Positions 1-10,513 of a stretch of DNA of 64,000 nucleotides are shown piece after piece (the first letter of the stretch is position 1; every line of letters begins with the position of its first letter). The stretch comes from Acidobacteriota bacterium. GTDB taxonomy: Bacteria > Acidobacteriota > UBA890 > WLXD01. A program made the translations under genes and the position numbers. Under the pieces are notes generated by a model that was given only the letters and a program-made list of their open reading frames with translations, was not told the origin of the DNA and ran no database searches. The stretch lies in assembly GCA_963666215.2 (NCBI GenBank), contig CAXWPL010000002.1:512001-576000 (forward strand), in the 5' to 3' direction.

Positions 1-1
1 C

Positions 2-943
2 GTCGAGCTCGAGGAGGGCGTCGAAGGCCTGGTGCACATCTCCGAGATGACCTGGAAGAAGCGCATCAAGCACCCTTCGAAGCTGGTTCAGGTTGGCGAC
101 CCGGTCGACATCGTGATTCTGGACGTCAATGAGGATAGCCGTCGGATCTCGCTCGGCATGAAGCAGACCGAACCGAACCCGTGGCGCATGATCGCCGACA
201 AGTACCACGAGGGCCAGACCATCAACGGGCGCGTACGCAACCTCACGGACTTCGGCGCATTCGTCGAAATCGAGGATGGCATCGACGGTCTGATCCACAT
301 TTCCGACATGTCCTGGACGAAGCGTGTCGAGCACCCCTCTGAGGTCCTGCAGAAGGGGCAAGAGGTCGAAGTCGCCGTTCTCAACGTCGACGTCGAGCGC
401 CAGCGTCTCTCGCTGGGTCTCAAGCAGTTGCGTCCGAACGTGTGGGACCAGTTCTGCGAGCAGCTCGAGGTGGACGACATGCTCCAGGGGACGATCACCA
501 AGCTCACCAACTTCGGTGCGTTCGTCGAGCTCGAAGACGGGCTCGAGGGTCTGCTCCACGTCTCGGAGATCTCCGATCAGCATGTCAAAGACCCCTCGGA
601 CGAGCTCAAGGTCGGGCAATCCCTGGAGGTGCGGATCATCAAGATCGAGACCGACTCGCGAAAGATCGCGTTGTCGTTGCGTAACTCGAGCGATGGGGTC
701 CGCGAGATGCCCGTGGAGCGCGATCGGGATCGGGATCGGGAGCGCGGCGAACCCCGCGCCGCGGACGCGCCCACGAGTCGCTACCAGAAGGATGGCAGGA
801 TGACTCTCGGCGATCTCGTTGGCGCCATCAAGCTGACTGGGCGTGCAGCGCCAACGGAAGACCCCAAGCCAGAAGAAGCCGCGGCAGAGTCCGTCGAGGC
901 CGAGGATGCCTCCGAGGGCGAGGCTGAGGGCGACAGCGCCTGA
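2..943 (+). CDS. rpsA: 30S ribosomal protein S1 (5' truncated by window edge)
   Basis: Repeated S1 domains (FGAFVEIEDGIDGLIHISDMSW, FGAFVELEDGLEGLLHVSEIS); frame open from base 2; followed by IHF/HU gene. Confidence 0.97.
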   Translation, partial: VELEEGVEGLVHISEMTWKKRIKHPSKLVQVGDPVDIVILDVNEDSRRISLGMKQTEPNPWRMIADKYHEGQTINGRVRNLTDFGAFVEIEDGIDGLIHISDMSWTKRVEHPSEVLQKGQEVEVAVLNVDVERQRLSLGLKQLRPNVWDQFCEQLEVDDMLQGTITKLTNFGAFVELEDGLEGLLHVSEISDQHVKDPSDELKVGQSLEVRIIKIETDSRKIALSLRNSSDGVREMPVERDRDRDRERGEPRAADAPTSRYQKDGRMTLGDLVGAIKLTGRAAPTEDPKPEEAAAESVEAEDASEGEAEGDSA

Positions 944-972
944 TCGCATCGCGTTCGTAGAGGGAGGGGTTG

Positions 973-1254
973 ATGACCAAGGCCGACCTTATTGACGAGG
1001 TTGCCGCGATCTCCGAGCTCAGCAAGAAGAGCTCTGAGCAGGTAGTGAACGCCTTCTTTCAGTCGATCGTCGAGTCGCTCGCCGAGGGTGACAAGGTTGA
1101 GTTGCGAGGCTTCGGCACGTTCAAGCTCCGCCAGCGCAAGCCTCGTTGGGGGCGAAATCCGAAGACTGGCGAGCGGGTGCACGTGCCGGCCAAAGTCGTG
1201 CCGTTCTTCAAGCCTGGCAAGGAACTCCGCGAGCTCGTCAACCGTAAGCCCTGA
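973..1254 (+). CDS. ihfB: Integration host factor beta / HU-family DNA-binding protein
   Basis: MTKADLI...VELRGFGTF...GRNPKTGE...FKPGKEL; RBS GGGAGG at 962-967; rpsA-ihfB synteny. Confidence 0.88.
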   Translation: MTKADLIDEVAAISELSKKSSEQVVNAFFQSIVESLAEGDKVELRGFGTFKLRQRKPRWGRNPKTGERVHVPAKVVPFFKPGKELRELVNRKP

Positions 1255-1272
1255 CCTGGCGACGCCCCGCTG

Positions 1273-2415
1273 ATGGAGCCACTGCTGAACGAGTCCGAAG
1301 AGGCTCTACGTGCTCGCGCTAGCGCCACGGCCGTCGACATCGAAGTCGAAGCGGCGGCGGCGGCGCTCCAGACCGAGTTGCGGATTCCGACGGAGCTGCT
1401 CGCGAAGCTCACGTCCGAAGGGTTTCTGCCGCTGCGGACGCCGATCGGAGACGGCGAGGTAGCGCCACTCTTGGCACTTGCACTTGTCACCGAGGAACTG
1501 TCGCGAGCCAGTGCGGCCGTCGGGCTGGTGGTCGCCTACGCCGGCGTGGGCGAGCTCGCCACTCGGGACGCTGGCCTGCCCGACAGGCCGAGCGAGCCCG
1601 AGCCGGGGGCGCTCTGCGTGCCGCTTGGCCTCGATACGATCGCATTGACGGCCAGCGAAAGCGACGGCTGGAGAATCGACGGCCAGATCGAACTGGTACC
1701 GGCTGCGATCTACGCGACACGCTTCCTGGCTGCCGCGCGAACGCACATCGCCGACGGCTCAGCGGAGTTCGACACGGGTGTCTTTCTGGTGGAGGTGTCA
1801 CAAGCAGGGGTTGACGTTAGCGAGCCCGCAAATCTCATGGGTTGGAACGGCGGCGGCACGGCCGACGTGCGGCTTGTGAGCGCCGCGGCGACGCGTCTCG
1901 ATGGCGATACGGATTCGGATGCCGCGGGCGCCATTCTCGACATGCTGCGAGTGGCGCAGGCGGCCCACGCGGTGGGCATTGGTGCGGGTGCCATGGCGAT
2001 CGCGATCGACGATGTGACGCGACGTCGGGACGCAGGGGATCGAGTTGATCGCTCGCAAGCCGTGCAGTGGGCACTGGCGGATTGTGCAACCGAGCTCGAG
2101 GCTGCGCGGCTCTCCACTTGGCATGCCGCGTGGGAAGGCGACAACAACGAGGCCAATGGGAACAAAGGCATCAACTGCGTCAACCATACCGGAGGATACA
2201 GCGCAGGTGGCGCCGCCATGGCGCGGCTGCTGTCTGCGGGGGCAGCGGTAAGGGCCTCTCGTCGCGCGCTTCAGGTAGTCGGCCCCGGTGCCACTCGGCG
2301 CGGCCATCCGTTGGAGAGGACGTATCGCGACGCGAAATTGCTCGAGTTGCACAGCGGTACGAACGAGCAGCAGCTCAGCCACCTTGCGGCGCAGCTGTTG
2401 CCAGAGCTCGATTGA
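1273..2415 (+). CDS. Acyl-CoA dehydrogenase family protein, divergent, probably non-catalytic
   Basis: ACAD motifs EELSRA, QAVQWALAD, HPLERTYRDAK; catalytic YEGT replaced by HSGT. Confidence 0.8.
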   Translation: MEPLLNESEEALRARASATAVDIEVEAAAAALQTELRIPTELLAKLTSEGFLPLRTPIGDGEVAPLLALALVTEELSRASAAVGLVVAYAGVGELATRDAGLPDRPSEPEPGALCVPLGLDTIALTASESDGWRIDGQIELVPAAIYATRFLAAARTHIADGSAEFDTGVFLVEVSQAGVDVSEPANLMGWNGGGTADVRLVSAAATRLDGDTDSDAAGAILDMLRVAQAAHAVGIGAGAMAIAIDDVTRRRDAGDRVDRSQAVQWALADCATELEAARLSTWHAAWEGDNNEANGNKGINCVNHTGGYSAGGAAMARLLSAGAAVRASRRALQVVGPGATRRGHPLERTYRDAKLLELHSGTNEQQLSHLAAQLLPELD

Positions 2416-2514
2416 CGCGCATCCATCGCGGCTTGCAGTACGTGGTTGAGTGTTGGCAGCTTGGCAACCCGATGGTGTCGCCAGATTGAGTCACGAGCAG
2501 CAGATGGAGCAGCG

Positions 2515-3655
2515 ATGGACTGGGGTCTGACGCCCGATCAGCAGATGATCCGCGACACCGTGCGCGAGTTCGTCGTCGCCGAGATCGAACCGAATGCCCC
2601 GGCTTGGGATCGCGAGAAGCGCTTTCCTCACGAGGTCTTCGAACAACTGGGACAGCTCGGTCTGTTCGGGATGGTTGTTCCCGAGCGCTGGGGAGGCGCC
2701 GGTCTCGACGGCATTGCCTACTGCCTGGCCCTCGAGGAGCTCGCTCGTGGCGACGCCTCGACGTGTGTCGCCATCTCGGTGACAAACTCGGTCTACTGCG
2801 CTCCTATCCTGAAATACGGCACCGATGAGCAGCGCGACCGATGGCTCAGACCCTGTGCCGCTGGCAAGTGGTTGGGCGCGTTTTGTCTGTCGGAGCCGGA
2901 GGTCGGCTCCGATCCTGCGTCCATACGGGTTCGGGCGCGACGCGACGGCAACGGTTATGTGCTGAGTGGAACTACAAGCGTGGATCACCAGTGGCTCGGT
3001 TTGCGGCTCGATGTTGGTGTTTGCGGTAACCGACCCCGACGCGGAGCGCGAGCGCATCTCGGCGTTCGTCGTGCCCAGCGACATGGACGGGGTTTCGGTC
3101 ATCCACGAGGAAGAGAAGATGGGTCTGCGCTCGTCCGTCACCAACCAGGTGGCGTTCGATGACTGTCGTTTGGGGCCTGAGCACCGTCTCGGTGCAGAGG
3201 GTCAGGGGCTGAACATCGCGCTCGATAGCCTCGATGGAGGCCGCGCCGGGATCGCGGCGCAAGCCACCGGAATTGCTCGGGCGTCGCTCGAGGTTGCACG
3301 TGACTATCTCGGTGAGCGTGACGCGTTCGGCCGTGCGCTCGGAATGTTCGAGGGGCTGCGCAATCAGTTGGCACGGATGGCCGCGGAGATCAGGGGCGCG
3401 CGGCTGCTGTATCTACGCGCTGCTCATCTGCGCCACCAGGGGCGCTCCAACACGCGTGCCGCGTCGATCGCGAAGCTGTTCGCGTCGGAGCTCGCCAACC
3501 GCGCCGCCTACACCGCGGGTCAGATGCACGGTGGTTACGGTTATGTGATCGACTACCCTGTCGAGCGCTACTACCGCGACGCGCGTGTGACGACCATTTA
3601 CGAGGGCACTTCGGAGATCCAGCGACTCGTGATCGCTCGATCGCTCCTCAAGTAG
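2515..3655 (+). pseudogene. Short/branched-chain acyl-CoA dehydrogenase with a +1 frameshift at ~2975 (pseudogene or sequence error)
   Basis: N-half (FCLSEPEVGSD) and C-half (WITSG, KMGLRSS, YYRDARVTTIYEGTSEIQ) are in different frames; removing C2975 restores GTKAWITSG. Confidence 0.85.
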
Positions 3656-3809
3656 TCGGGGAGAGGCTCGCGTAGCCGGACAGCCGAACTGGCGGATTCG
3701 GCGGCGTATGGGATAATTCGTCGCGGTATCGTGCTCCCTCTTGTTGCTCCGTGAGAGTCACGCGTTGCCTGCTCGACATCAGACTGCCCGAGGCCGGAGA
3801 GCGATCGGC

Positions 3810-5552
3810 ATGCCGAAGAAACCCACAACTCTCGACGAGGTACCGCAGCCGAGCTCGGTCGCCGCAGTTCCCGCCAAGCCGAGCGACGGCACCGCCTGGT
3901 CCGTGAAGCAGGCGTGGATGGAGCGCACCTACGAACCGGCTGTCGCGCGCCGGCCGGAGCGTTCCGACGAGTTCATGACGGTGTCGGGGCGCCCGGTCGA
4001 GGCTCTGTACACCGCCGACGACCTGACCGCGCGGGGCGTCGAGCTCGACGCTGACGTCGCCATGCCGGGCGAGTATCCCTTTACCCGAGGGGTTCATCCG
4101 ACCGGCCACCGCGGCAAGCTCTGGACCATGCGGCAGTTTGCCGGGTTCGGCACCGCGGAGGACACCAACCAGCGCTTCAAGCGACTGTTGGCCAACGGGC
4201 AGACGGGACTATCGGTGGCGTTCGATCACCCGACACTGGTTGGGCTCGACTCCGACGACGACCTGGCGCGCGGCGAGGTGGGCCGGCAGGGGGTTGCGAT
4301 CGATTCGCTCGAGGACATGGAGACACTGTTCGACGGCATCGCGCTCGATGGGGTCACGACCTCGATGACGATCAATCATCCGGCATGCGTGCTGCTGGCG
4401 ATGTACGCCGCTCTGGCGCAGAAGCAGGGAATCGACCCGTCCGTCATCTCCGGCACGATCCAGAACGACGTGCTCAAGGAGTTCATCGCGCAGAAGACCT
4501 TCGTCTATCCGCCGCGTGGAGCGATGCGGATCATGGGCGACATCATCGAATGGTGCACCGAGACGCTACCGCGCTGGAATTGGGTGAGCGTCTCTGGCTA
4601 CCACATACGCGAGGCCGGCTCGACCGCCGCTCAGGAGCTCGCGTTTACGCTGCGTGATGGCATGGAGTACGTCGAGCTCGGATTGGAACGGGGCCTCGCC
4701 GTCGATGCCTTTGCTCCGAGGCTGAGCTTCTTCTTCAATGCTCATAACGACCTGTTCGAGGAAGTCGCCAAATACCGCGCCGCTCGCCAGCTTTGGGCTC
4801 AGACCATGCGCGAACGCTACGGCGCGAGGAACCCGCGCTCCTGGTGGTTGCGCTTCCACACGCAAACGGCGGGCGTTTCGTTGCTCGGCCAGCAACCGCG
4901 TAACAACGTGATGAGGGTGACGCTCCAGGCCCTCGCCGCTGTTCTCGGCGGCACGCAGTCGCTACACACCAACTCGCTCGACGAAACCATCGCCTTGCCA
5001 ACCGAGGAGAACGCCATCATCGCGCTGCGAACCCAACAGGTGATAGCCCACGAGAGTGGCGCGGCGAATACCGTCGATCCGCTAGGTGGTTCCTATTTCG
5101 TCGAGGCGCTCACCGCCGACCTCGCCGACGAGGCGCGCGACTACTTCGACAAGATCGACAGCATGGGTGGCATGGTGGCGGCGATCGAGGAGGGCTTCCC
5201 GCAACGCGAGATTCAGGAAGCCGCCTACCGCTACCAGATGGAGATCGAAGAGCAACGACGACTGATCGTGGGACAGAACGCTCACACCACCGACTACGGC
5301 GAGCCGATCGAGTACCTGTATATCGACGACAGCGCCGAGGGACAGCAGGTGGAGCGTCTCGCTGGATTGAAGGATCGGCGTGACGACCAAGCCGTACGGG
5401 TTGCGCTCGATGCGTTGCATGCGGCGGCGGCCGGCGAGGCGAACGTCATGCCTCGGATCATGGACGCGGCGCATGCGTACGCCACCGTGGGGGAGATCTG
5501 CGGGACGATGCGGGACGTGTTCGGCGAGTATCGCGAGACGCCTATTTTCTAG
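3810..5552 (+). CDS. B12-dependent acyl-CoA mutase large (substrate-binding) subunit, isobutyryl-CoA mutase-like
   Basis: [46 protein letters not shown]; no B12 domain in this ORF; RBS GGAGAG upstream. Confidence 0.93.
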   Translation: MPKKPTTLDEVPQPSSVAAVPAKPSDGTAWSVKQAWMERTYEPAVARRPERSDEFMTVSGRPVEALYTADDLTARGVELDADVAMPGEYPFTRGVHPTGHRGKLWTMRQFAGFGTAEDTNQRFKRLLANGQTGLSVAFDHPTLVGLDSDDDLARGEVGRQGVAIDSLEDMETLFDGIALDGVTTSMTINHPACVLLAMYAALAQKQGIDPSVISGTIQNDVLKEFIAQKTFVYPPRGAMRIMGDIIEWCTETLPRWNWVSVSGYHIREAGSTAAQELAFTLRDGMEYVELGLERGLAVDAFAPRLSFFFNAHNDLFEEVAKYRAARQLWAQTMRERYGARNPRSWWLRFHTQTAGVSLLGQQPRNNVMRVTLQALAAVLGGTQSLHTNSLDETIALPTEENAIIALRTQQVIAHESGAANTVDPLGGSYFVEALTADLADEARDYFDKIDSMGGMVAAIEEGFPQREIQEAAYRYQMEIEEQRRLIVGQNAHTTDYGEPIEYLYIDDSAEGQQVERLAGLKDRRDDQAVRVALDALHAAAAGEANVMPRIMDAAHAYATVGEICGTMRDVFGEYRETPIF

Positions 5553-5630
5553 AAAGAGCCAGATGAAGGGCACCGCGGGGGATCGCAGGAGAGCCTCCGT
5601 CGGAACCCGGGCTGGAGACGGAGTACAGGC

Positions 5631-6038
5631 ATGGCCGCGCAACGCATTCGAGTGATCATTGCCAAGCCGGGGCTCGATGGGCACGATCGCGGAGCCAAGG
5701 TCGTGGCGCGCGCGCTGCGCGATGCCGGGATGGAAGTGATTTATCTAGGCCTGCGGCAGACGCCAGAGATGATCGTCCAGGGGGCGGTTCAGGAAGACGC
5801 TGACATCATCGGGCTGTCGATCCACTCCGGCGCCCACAACTACATCGTGCCGCGGATCCTCGATTTGCTCGAGGAGGAGGGCGCCGGCGACATCAAGGTG
5901 CTGGTCGGTGGCATCATTCCGGAGCGCGATATCGAAGCGCTGAGCGAGCGCGGCGTTGGAGCGATCTTCCTGCCTGGAACGACGACAACAGAGATCATCG
6001 AGTACATCCGTCAAGCGGTGGGTGGTCGGGCGACGTAG
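5631..6038 (+). CDS. Acyl-CoA mutase small subunit, cobalamin-binding domain
   Basis: [12 protein letters not shown] (DxHxxG), [15 protein letters not shown]. Confidence 0.95.
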   Translation: MAAQRIRVIIAKPGLDGHDRGAKVVARALRDAGMEVIYLGLRQTPEMIVQGAVQEDADIIGLSIHSGAHNYIVPRILDLLEEEGAGDIKVLVGGIIPERDIEALSERGVGAIFLPGTTTTEIIEYIRQAVGGRAT

Positions 6039-6117
6039 TGGCCAGCGGCAAGCGCCTGTTCGAAGCACAGGTAGAGCGTTCAGAACCGCCAACAAGCGGA
6101 CAAAAGGGGGACTTGGG

Positions 6118-6483
6118 GTGAGCGAGCAGATTGTAGAGTTGACGTCGGAGAACTTCGAGGCCGAAGTTCTGCAGAGTGATGTGCCGGTCATGGTTGATTT
6201 CTGGGCGCCGTGGTGCGGCCCGTGCCGCATGTTGGCTCCGACCGTAGAAGAGGTCGCCGGCGAGTACGCCGGCAGGTTGAAGGTGGGCAAGCTCAACGTC
6301 GACGAGCACAGTGACGTTGCCGCGCGCTACTTCGTTCGCGGCATTCCGGCGTTGCTGGTTTTCGCCGCCGGTCAGGTGCAGGATCAGATGGTTGGCGCCG
6401 GCTCGAAGGACACGATCGTGGCGATGATCGACAAGCGCCTGCCGGCATCGGCGGCTCCTCAGCCAGCTGAGTCAACGGTCTAG
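6118..6483 (+). CDS. trxA: Thioredoxin
   Basis: VDFWAPWCGPC active site; GTG start after AAAGGGGG. Confidence 0.95.
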   Translation: MSEQIVELTSENFEAEVLQSDVPVMVDFWAPWCGPCRMLAPTVEEVAGEYAGRLKVGKLNVDEHSDVAARYFVRGIPALLVFAAGQVQDQMVGAGSKDTIVAMIDKRLPASAAPQPAESTV

Positions 6484-6512
6484 CTGCTCCTGGACGGTCC
6501 TGAGCGATCACG

Positions 6513-7109
6513 ATGTGCGGCGATTCTGTGTCTCCTGTGAACCCTGACGTTTCCGACTCGACCAGTCGCGTGCCGAGTCCGACGAGGTCGGCGGATTCGG
6601 ATCTGACGATTCCGATCGAAGAGATCGGTGCGCAGGTCGTACGTCGCTCGGGCAGGACGACGATCGACGGTTTCGGGGCTGTGCTGGACGCCGTCACGAT
6701 CGACTACTCCGTGGCTCTCTCACGGTCGGCCGCCGAGGTCCGGCTGCGTGGCGACGTCGAGACCACGGCCCCGAGTTCGTGCACCCGATGCTTGAAGCGA
6801 GTGACGCTGCCGCTTCGGCAGCGCTTCGACTTGCTCTACCTCCCGGTGGAGCAAAGTCCGGCCCCTGGGGAGGGTGAGCTTGACGGTACGCAGCTGGACG
6901 TCGATTATTACTCGTCGAGCAGCTTCGACCTGCGCGCCGCACTTACCGAGCAGGTGCTTCTGGCTGTTCCCATGCAGCTCCTTTGTAAGGATGACTGCAA
7001 GGGTCTGTGCGCGCATTGTGGCGGCGATCGCAACGAGCGTTCGTGTGACTGTGCTGCGCCGGGCGATCCGCGTCTTGCCGGGCTGGCCGCGCTTCGCGAC
7101 CAGCTGTAG
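6513..7109 (+). CDS. yceD: DUF177/YceD family protein
   Basis: CTRCL and LCKDDCKGLCAHCG motifs, DPRLAGL tail; directly upstream of rpmF; start uncertain. Confidence 0.9.
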   Translation: MCGDSVSPVNPDVSDSTSRVPSPTRSADSDLTIPIEEIGAQVVRRSGRTTIDGFGAVLDAVTIDYSVALSRSAAEVRLRGDVETTAPSSCTRCLKRVTLPLRQRFDLLYLPVEQSPAPGEGELDGTQLDVDYYSSSSFDLRAALTEQVLLAVPMQLLCKDDCKGLCAHCGGDRNERSCDCAAPGDPRLAGLAALRDQL

Positions 7110-7165
7110 TCGGCGGCACCAACCCAAACCTATTTCGAACGCCGTCAGGCGAGCCGAGGCAAATC

Positions 7166-7348
7166 GTGGCCCTACCGAAAAGAAGGCACTCGCGCACGCG
7201 TCGTGACAAGCGACGCACGCACGACGCGCTTCGTACACCGGCCATCTCGGTGTGCACGAACTGCAAACGTCCCAAGCAGCCGCACCGGGTGTGCCCGCAC
7301 TGCGGCCAGTATCGCGGCCGCCAGGTCGTCAAGACCGACGACGACTAG
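7166..7348 (+). CDS. rpmF: 50S ribosomal protein L32 (zinc-ribbon type)
   Basis: MALPKRRHSRTRRDKRRTH, CTNC...PHRVCPHCGQYRG. Confidence 0.97.
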   Translation: MALPKRRHSRTRRDKRRTHDALRTPAISVCTNCKRPKQPHRVCPHCGQYRGRQVVKTDDD

Positions 7349-7426
7349 ATCTGATCTAGTCACCCGCCCGCTGGCCTGCGGGTGGCGCGACTCGCGGCTC
7401 GGCTCGTCGCCCGGACACCCATCACC

Positions 7427-8530
7427 ATGAAGATCGCTGTCGACGCCATGGGGGGTGACCATGCCCCCGAGCACCCGATCAACGGCGCGCTTCTTGCCGC
7501 GCGGGAATTGAATGCCGAGGTCGTGCTCGTTGGCGACGAGCCGAGGCTGGTCCGCGCGCTCGGCGACCGTGGCGCCGGCCTGGCCATCGAGATCGTTCAC
7601 GCCGAGCAGGCCATCGGCATGGACGAGTCTCCGGCGACGGCGGTGCGCCGCAAGCGCAAGTCGTCGATTCACGTCGCGGCGCGTCTGCTGCGCGACGGCG
7701 AGGTTGACGGCATCGTTTCAGCCGGCAATACCGGCGCCGTGATGGCCGTCTCGAAGGTGATTGTCGGAACGCTCGTGGGCGTCGATCGGCCGGCGCTCGC
7801 GGTGGTCTTGCCCAGCAAGACCGGCAGGGTGGTGCTCATCGACGTCGGCGCCAACATCGCGCCCAAGAGCAGCCAATTGCTGCAGTTTGCCGCGATGGGG
7901 CATCACTTCGCCCGTGAGATTCTCGCCATCGACCGGCCGCGTGTTGGCCTGCTTTCGATTGGCGAGGAGGAGCTCAAGGGCAACGATCTGATTCGTGGCG
8001 CCCACAAGCTGCTGCGTGACGCGCCGATTGACTTTTGCGGCAACGTCGAGGCGGGAGATCTGTATCGTGGGGTCGCCGACGTGGTCGTTTCCGATGGCTT
8101 CACGGGCAACATCGTGCTGAAGACGAGCGAGGCGGCGGTCGACGCGCTGCGCTTTCTGTTGCGCGAAGAGCTCGGCTCCTCGATTGCGGGTCGGCTCGGA
8201 GCGCTGCTGGCCCGCGGCTCCTTCAAGTCGTTCGCGCGTCGCGTTGACTACGCCGAGTTCGGCGGCGCGCCACTGCTTGGTCTCAAGGGGCTGTGCGTGA
8301 TCTGTCACGGCCGCTCCAACCCTCGGGCCATCCGCAGCGGCGTTCGCGTGGCGCTGGAGTATCGACGTCACCAGGTCAACGAGAGGATCGAGGATCTGCT
8401 CGCCCAAACGGGTCGAACCGCCGACCATGACGTGGTCGACCAGGCGGGAGCCCTGGACTCAGTTGACGAGATCCGCCCCAACGGACCCGAGGTGGTTGCC
8501 GCTTCGACCGCCGGAAGCGATGAGGCATGA
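7427..8530 (+). CDS. plsX: Phosphate acyltransferase PlsX
   Basis: IAVDAMGGDHAP, SAGNTGA, DGFTGNIVLK, GGAPLLG. Confidence 0.96.
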   Translation: MKIAVDAMGGDHAPEHPINGALLAARELNAEVVLVGDEPRLVRALGDRGAGLAIEIVHAEQAIGMDESPATAVRRKRKSSIHVAARLLRDGEVDGIVSAGNTGAVMAVSKVIVGTLVGVDRPALAVVLPSKTGRVVLIDVGANIAPKSSQLLQFAAMGHHFAREILAIDRPRVGLLSIGEEELKGNDLIRGAHKLLRDAPIDFCGNVEAGDLYRGVADVVVSDGFTGNIVLKTSEAAVDALRFLLREELGSSIAGRLGALLARGSFKSFARRVDYAEFGGAPLLGLKGLCVICHGRSNPRAIRSGVRVALEYRRHQVNERIEDLLAQTGRTADHDVVDQAGALDSVDEIRPNGPEVVAASTAGSDEA

Positions 8531-9549
8531 GCGAATCACATCACAGGTCGGTTGTTGTTGTTTTTCCCGGCCAGGGCTCGCAGTACGTCGGCATGGGGCG
8601 GGAAGCGTGCTCAGCGTTCGCCGAAGCCCGTGCCACATTCGACGAGGCCGATGATGTGCTCGGGTTTTCGCTCTCGAGCCTCTGCTTCGAAGGAGACGAA
8701 GACGAACTTCGTAGGACCGAGAACACACAGCCAGCGCTGTTGACAATCAGCATTGCGCTGCAGCGTGCGCTCGCCGCCCGCGGCTTTGGCGTCGAGCGTT
8801 GGAGTGCCCTCGCCGGTCACTCCCTTGGGCAGTACAGCGCGCTCGTGGCGGCTGGCAGCTTGGAGTTCGCCGCCGCGCTGGAGCTCGTACGGGCGCGTGG
8901 GCGCTACATGCAAGAGTCGGTGCCGGAAGGGGAAGGCGCGATGGCAGCCATTCTCGGTCTCGAGAACGACGTCGTGCGCGCGGTGTGCATGTCTGCGACG
9001 GCGGCTGTTTCCGAGGCCTCAGGCGGATCCGGCTCGAGCGCTCAGGGCATCGTCGAGCCGGCCAACTACAACGCTCCGGGTCAGGTGGTGGTGGCTGGGC
9101 ACCGAGCCGCTGTTGAGGCAGCCGTAGTTGCTGCCAAGGAGCGCGGAGCTCGACGCGCGATCCTTTTGAACGTCAGTGCGCCTTTCCACTGCTCCCTGAT
9201 GGAGCCCGCGGCGGAGCGCCTCATTGCCGATCTGGCTGCGGTAGACATCTCACCGCCGCGAGTGCCGGTGGTCTGCAACGTGACGGCTCAGCCGCTGGCC
9301 GACGCGGCTACGGTGCGCAGAAATCTCGGCGAACAGGTAACGTCTCCCGTCCGCTGGGCGGAGAGCGTTCGGCGAATGGCATCCGACGCGACGAAGGCGG
9401 TCGACGACACCGTTACCTTCGCCGAGATCGGCCCCGGCCGCGTTCTGGCTGGGCTTGTTAAACGAACGCTCAAGGACGCGGCCGGCGGCACGTCAATACA
9501 CAGTGTGGAGACTCCAGAACAGGTCGAGACGCTGCTCGCGGAGACCTAG
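8527..9549 (+). CDS. fabD: Malonyl-CoA:ACP transacylase
   Basis: FPGQGSQ, GHSLG, SAPFHC, PVRW, EIGPG. Confidence 0.96.
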   Translation: MSESHHRSVVVVFPGQGSQYVGMGREACSAFAEARATFDEADDVLGFSLSSLCFEGDEDELRRTENTQPALLTISIALQRALAARGFGVERWSALAGHSLGQYSALVAAGSLEFAAALELVRARGRYMQESVPEGEGAMAAILGLENDVVRAVCMSATAAVSEASGGSGSSAQGIVEPANYNAPGQVVVAGHRAAVEAAVVAAKERGARRAILLNVSAPFHCSLMEPAAERLIADLAAVDISPPRVPVVCNVTAQPLADAATVRRNLGEQVTSPVRWAESVRRMASDATKAVDDTVTFAEIGPGRVLAGLVKRTLKDAAGGTSIHSVETPEQVETLLAET

Positions 9550-9673
9550 CGGTGGCCGCCTGACAACGGCGCCCGGATTGGTGGCGCCCGCGGCCTACGG
9601 GCTCACCGCTGTCAAAATAGACTTCAGGGCGCGCCGGGTGCGCTCAGTTCATCGAATAGGGAAAGAGGAGGCC

Positions 9674-10435
9674 GTGAGCGGCGCATCGCGAAAGGGTCCG
9701 CTTCAGGACAAGGTCACGCTCATCACGGGAGCGTCGCAGGGAATCGGGCGCGCGATAGCCGCTCGGTTGGCCCGCGACGGCAGCCATCTGGTTGTTACCT
9801 CACGTCGCCAGGAAGCGTGCGAGGAGGTCGCCGCCGAGGCGCGGGCCCTCGGCGTGGAGGCACTTGCGCTCGCCCTCGACGTAGCCGATCCAGAGTCGGT
9901 CAAGGCCGCGGTCGCCGCCGCGATCGCTGGCTTCGGTCACGTTGACGCGCTGGTCAACAACGCCGGCATTACTCGTGACGCCCTGCTGCTGCGCCTCGAA
10001 GAAGAGGCCTGGGAGGATGTCATGCAGACAGACCTCGGAGGCGTCTTTAGGTGCTCCAAGGCCGTGCTAAGATCCATGCTTCGCCGCAGGCAAGGCAGGG
10101 TAGTTTCGATCAGTTCGGTGGTTGGCCTGCTCGGCAACCCGGGACAAACGAACTATGCTGCGGCCAAGGCCGGCGTGCACGGTTTCACCAAGGCCCTGGC
10201 GCGCGAAGTGGCCTCCCGCAACATCACGGTCAACGCGGTGGCACCCGGCTACATTGAGTCGGAGATGACAGAAGCGCTGCCGCAGCAGGCACAGGAGAGG
10301 CTGCACGATCAGATACCGCTCGGCCGGCTTGGCTCGGGCGACGATGTCGCCGGGGTCGTGGCCTTCCTGCTTTCGGACGATGCTGCCTACGTCACCGGCC
10401 AGGTGATTTGCGTCGATGGCGGGATGTGCATGTGA
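9674..10435 (+). CDS. fabG: 3-oxoacyl-ACP reductase
   Basis: TGASQGIG, NNAGITRD, NYAAAKAG, VAPGYI; RBS GAGGAGG before GTG. Confidence 0.96.
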   Translation: MSGASRKGPLQDKVTLITGASQGIGRAIAARLARDGSHLVVTSRRQEACEEVAAEARALGVEALALALDVADPESVKAAVAAAIAGFGHVDALVNNAGITRDALLLRLEEEAWEDVMQTDLGGVFRCSKAVLRSMLRRRQGRVVSISSVVGLLGNPGQTNYAAAKAGVHGFTKALAREVASRNITVNAVAPGYIESEMTEALPQQAQERLHDQIPLGRLGSGDDVAGVVAFLLSDDAAYVTGQVICVDGGMCM

Positions 10436-10513
10436 ACGTCCGCCCCCCGTTCGGGCGAGGTCAGAGAGCCTGATGAAAGCGGCGGGGAATTGATCCAGCA
10501 AGGAGCACACAGA

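Noticed and set aside
722-739. (GATCGG)3 repeat in rpsA; also (GGATCT)3 at 46567-46584 and 9-mers at 50751-50777
   Set aside because: Short in-frame microsatellites encoding low-complexity linkers; not CRISPR and not frame-switching
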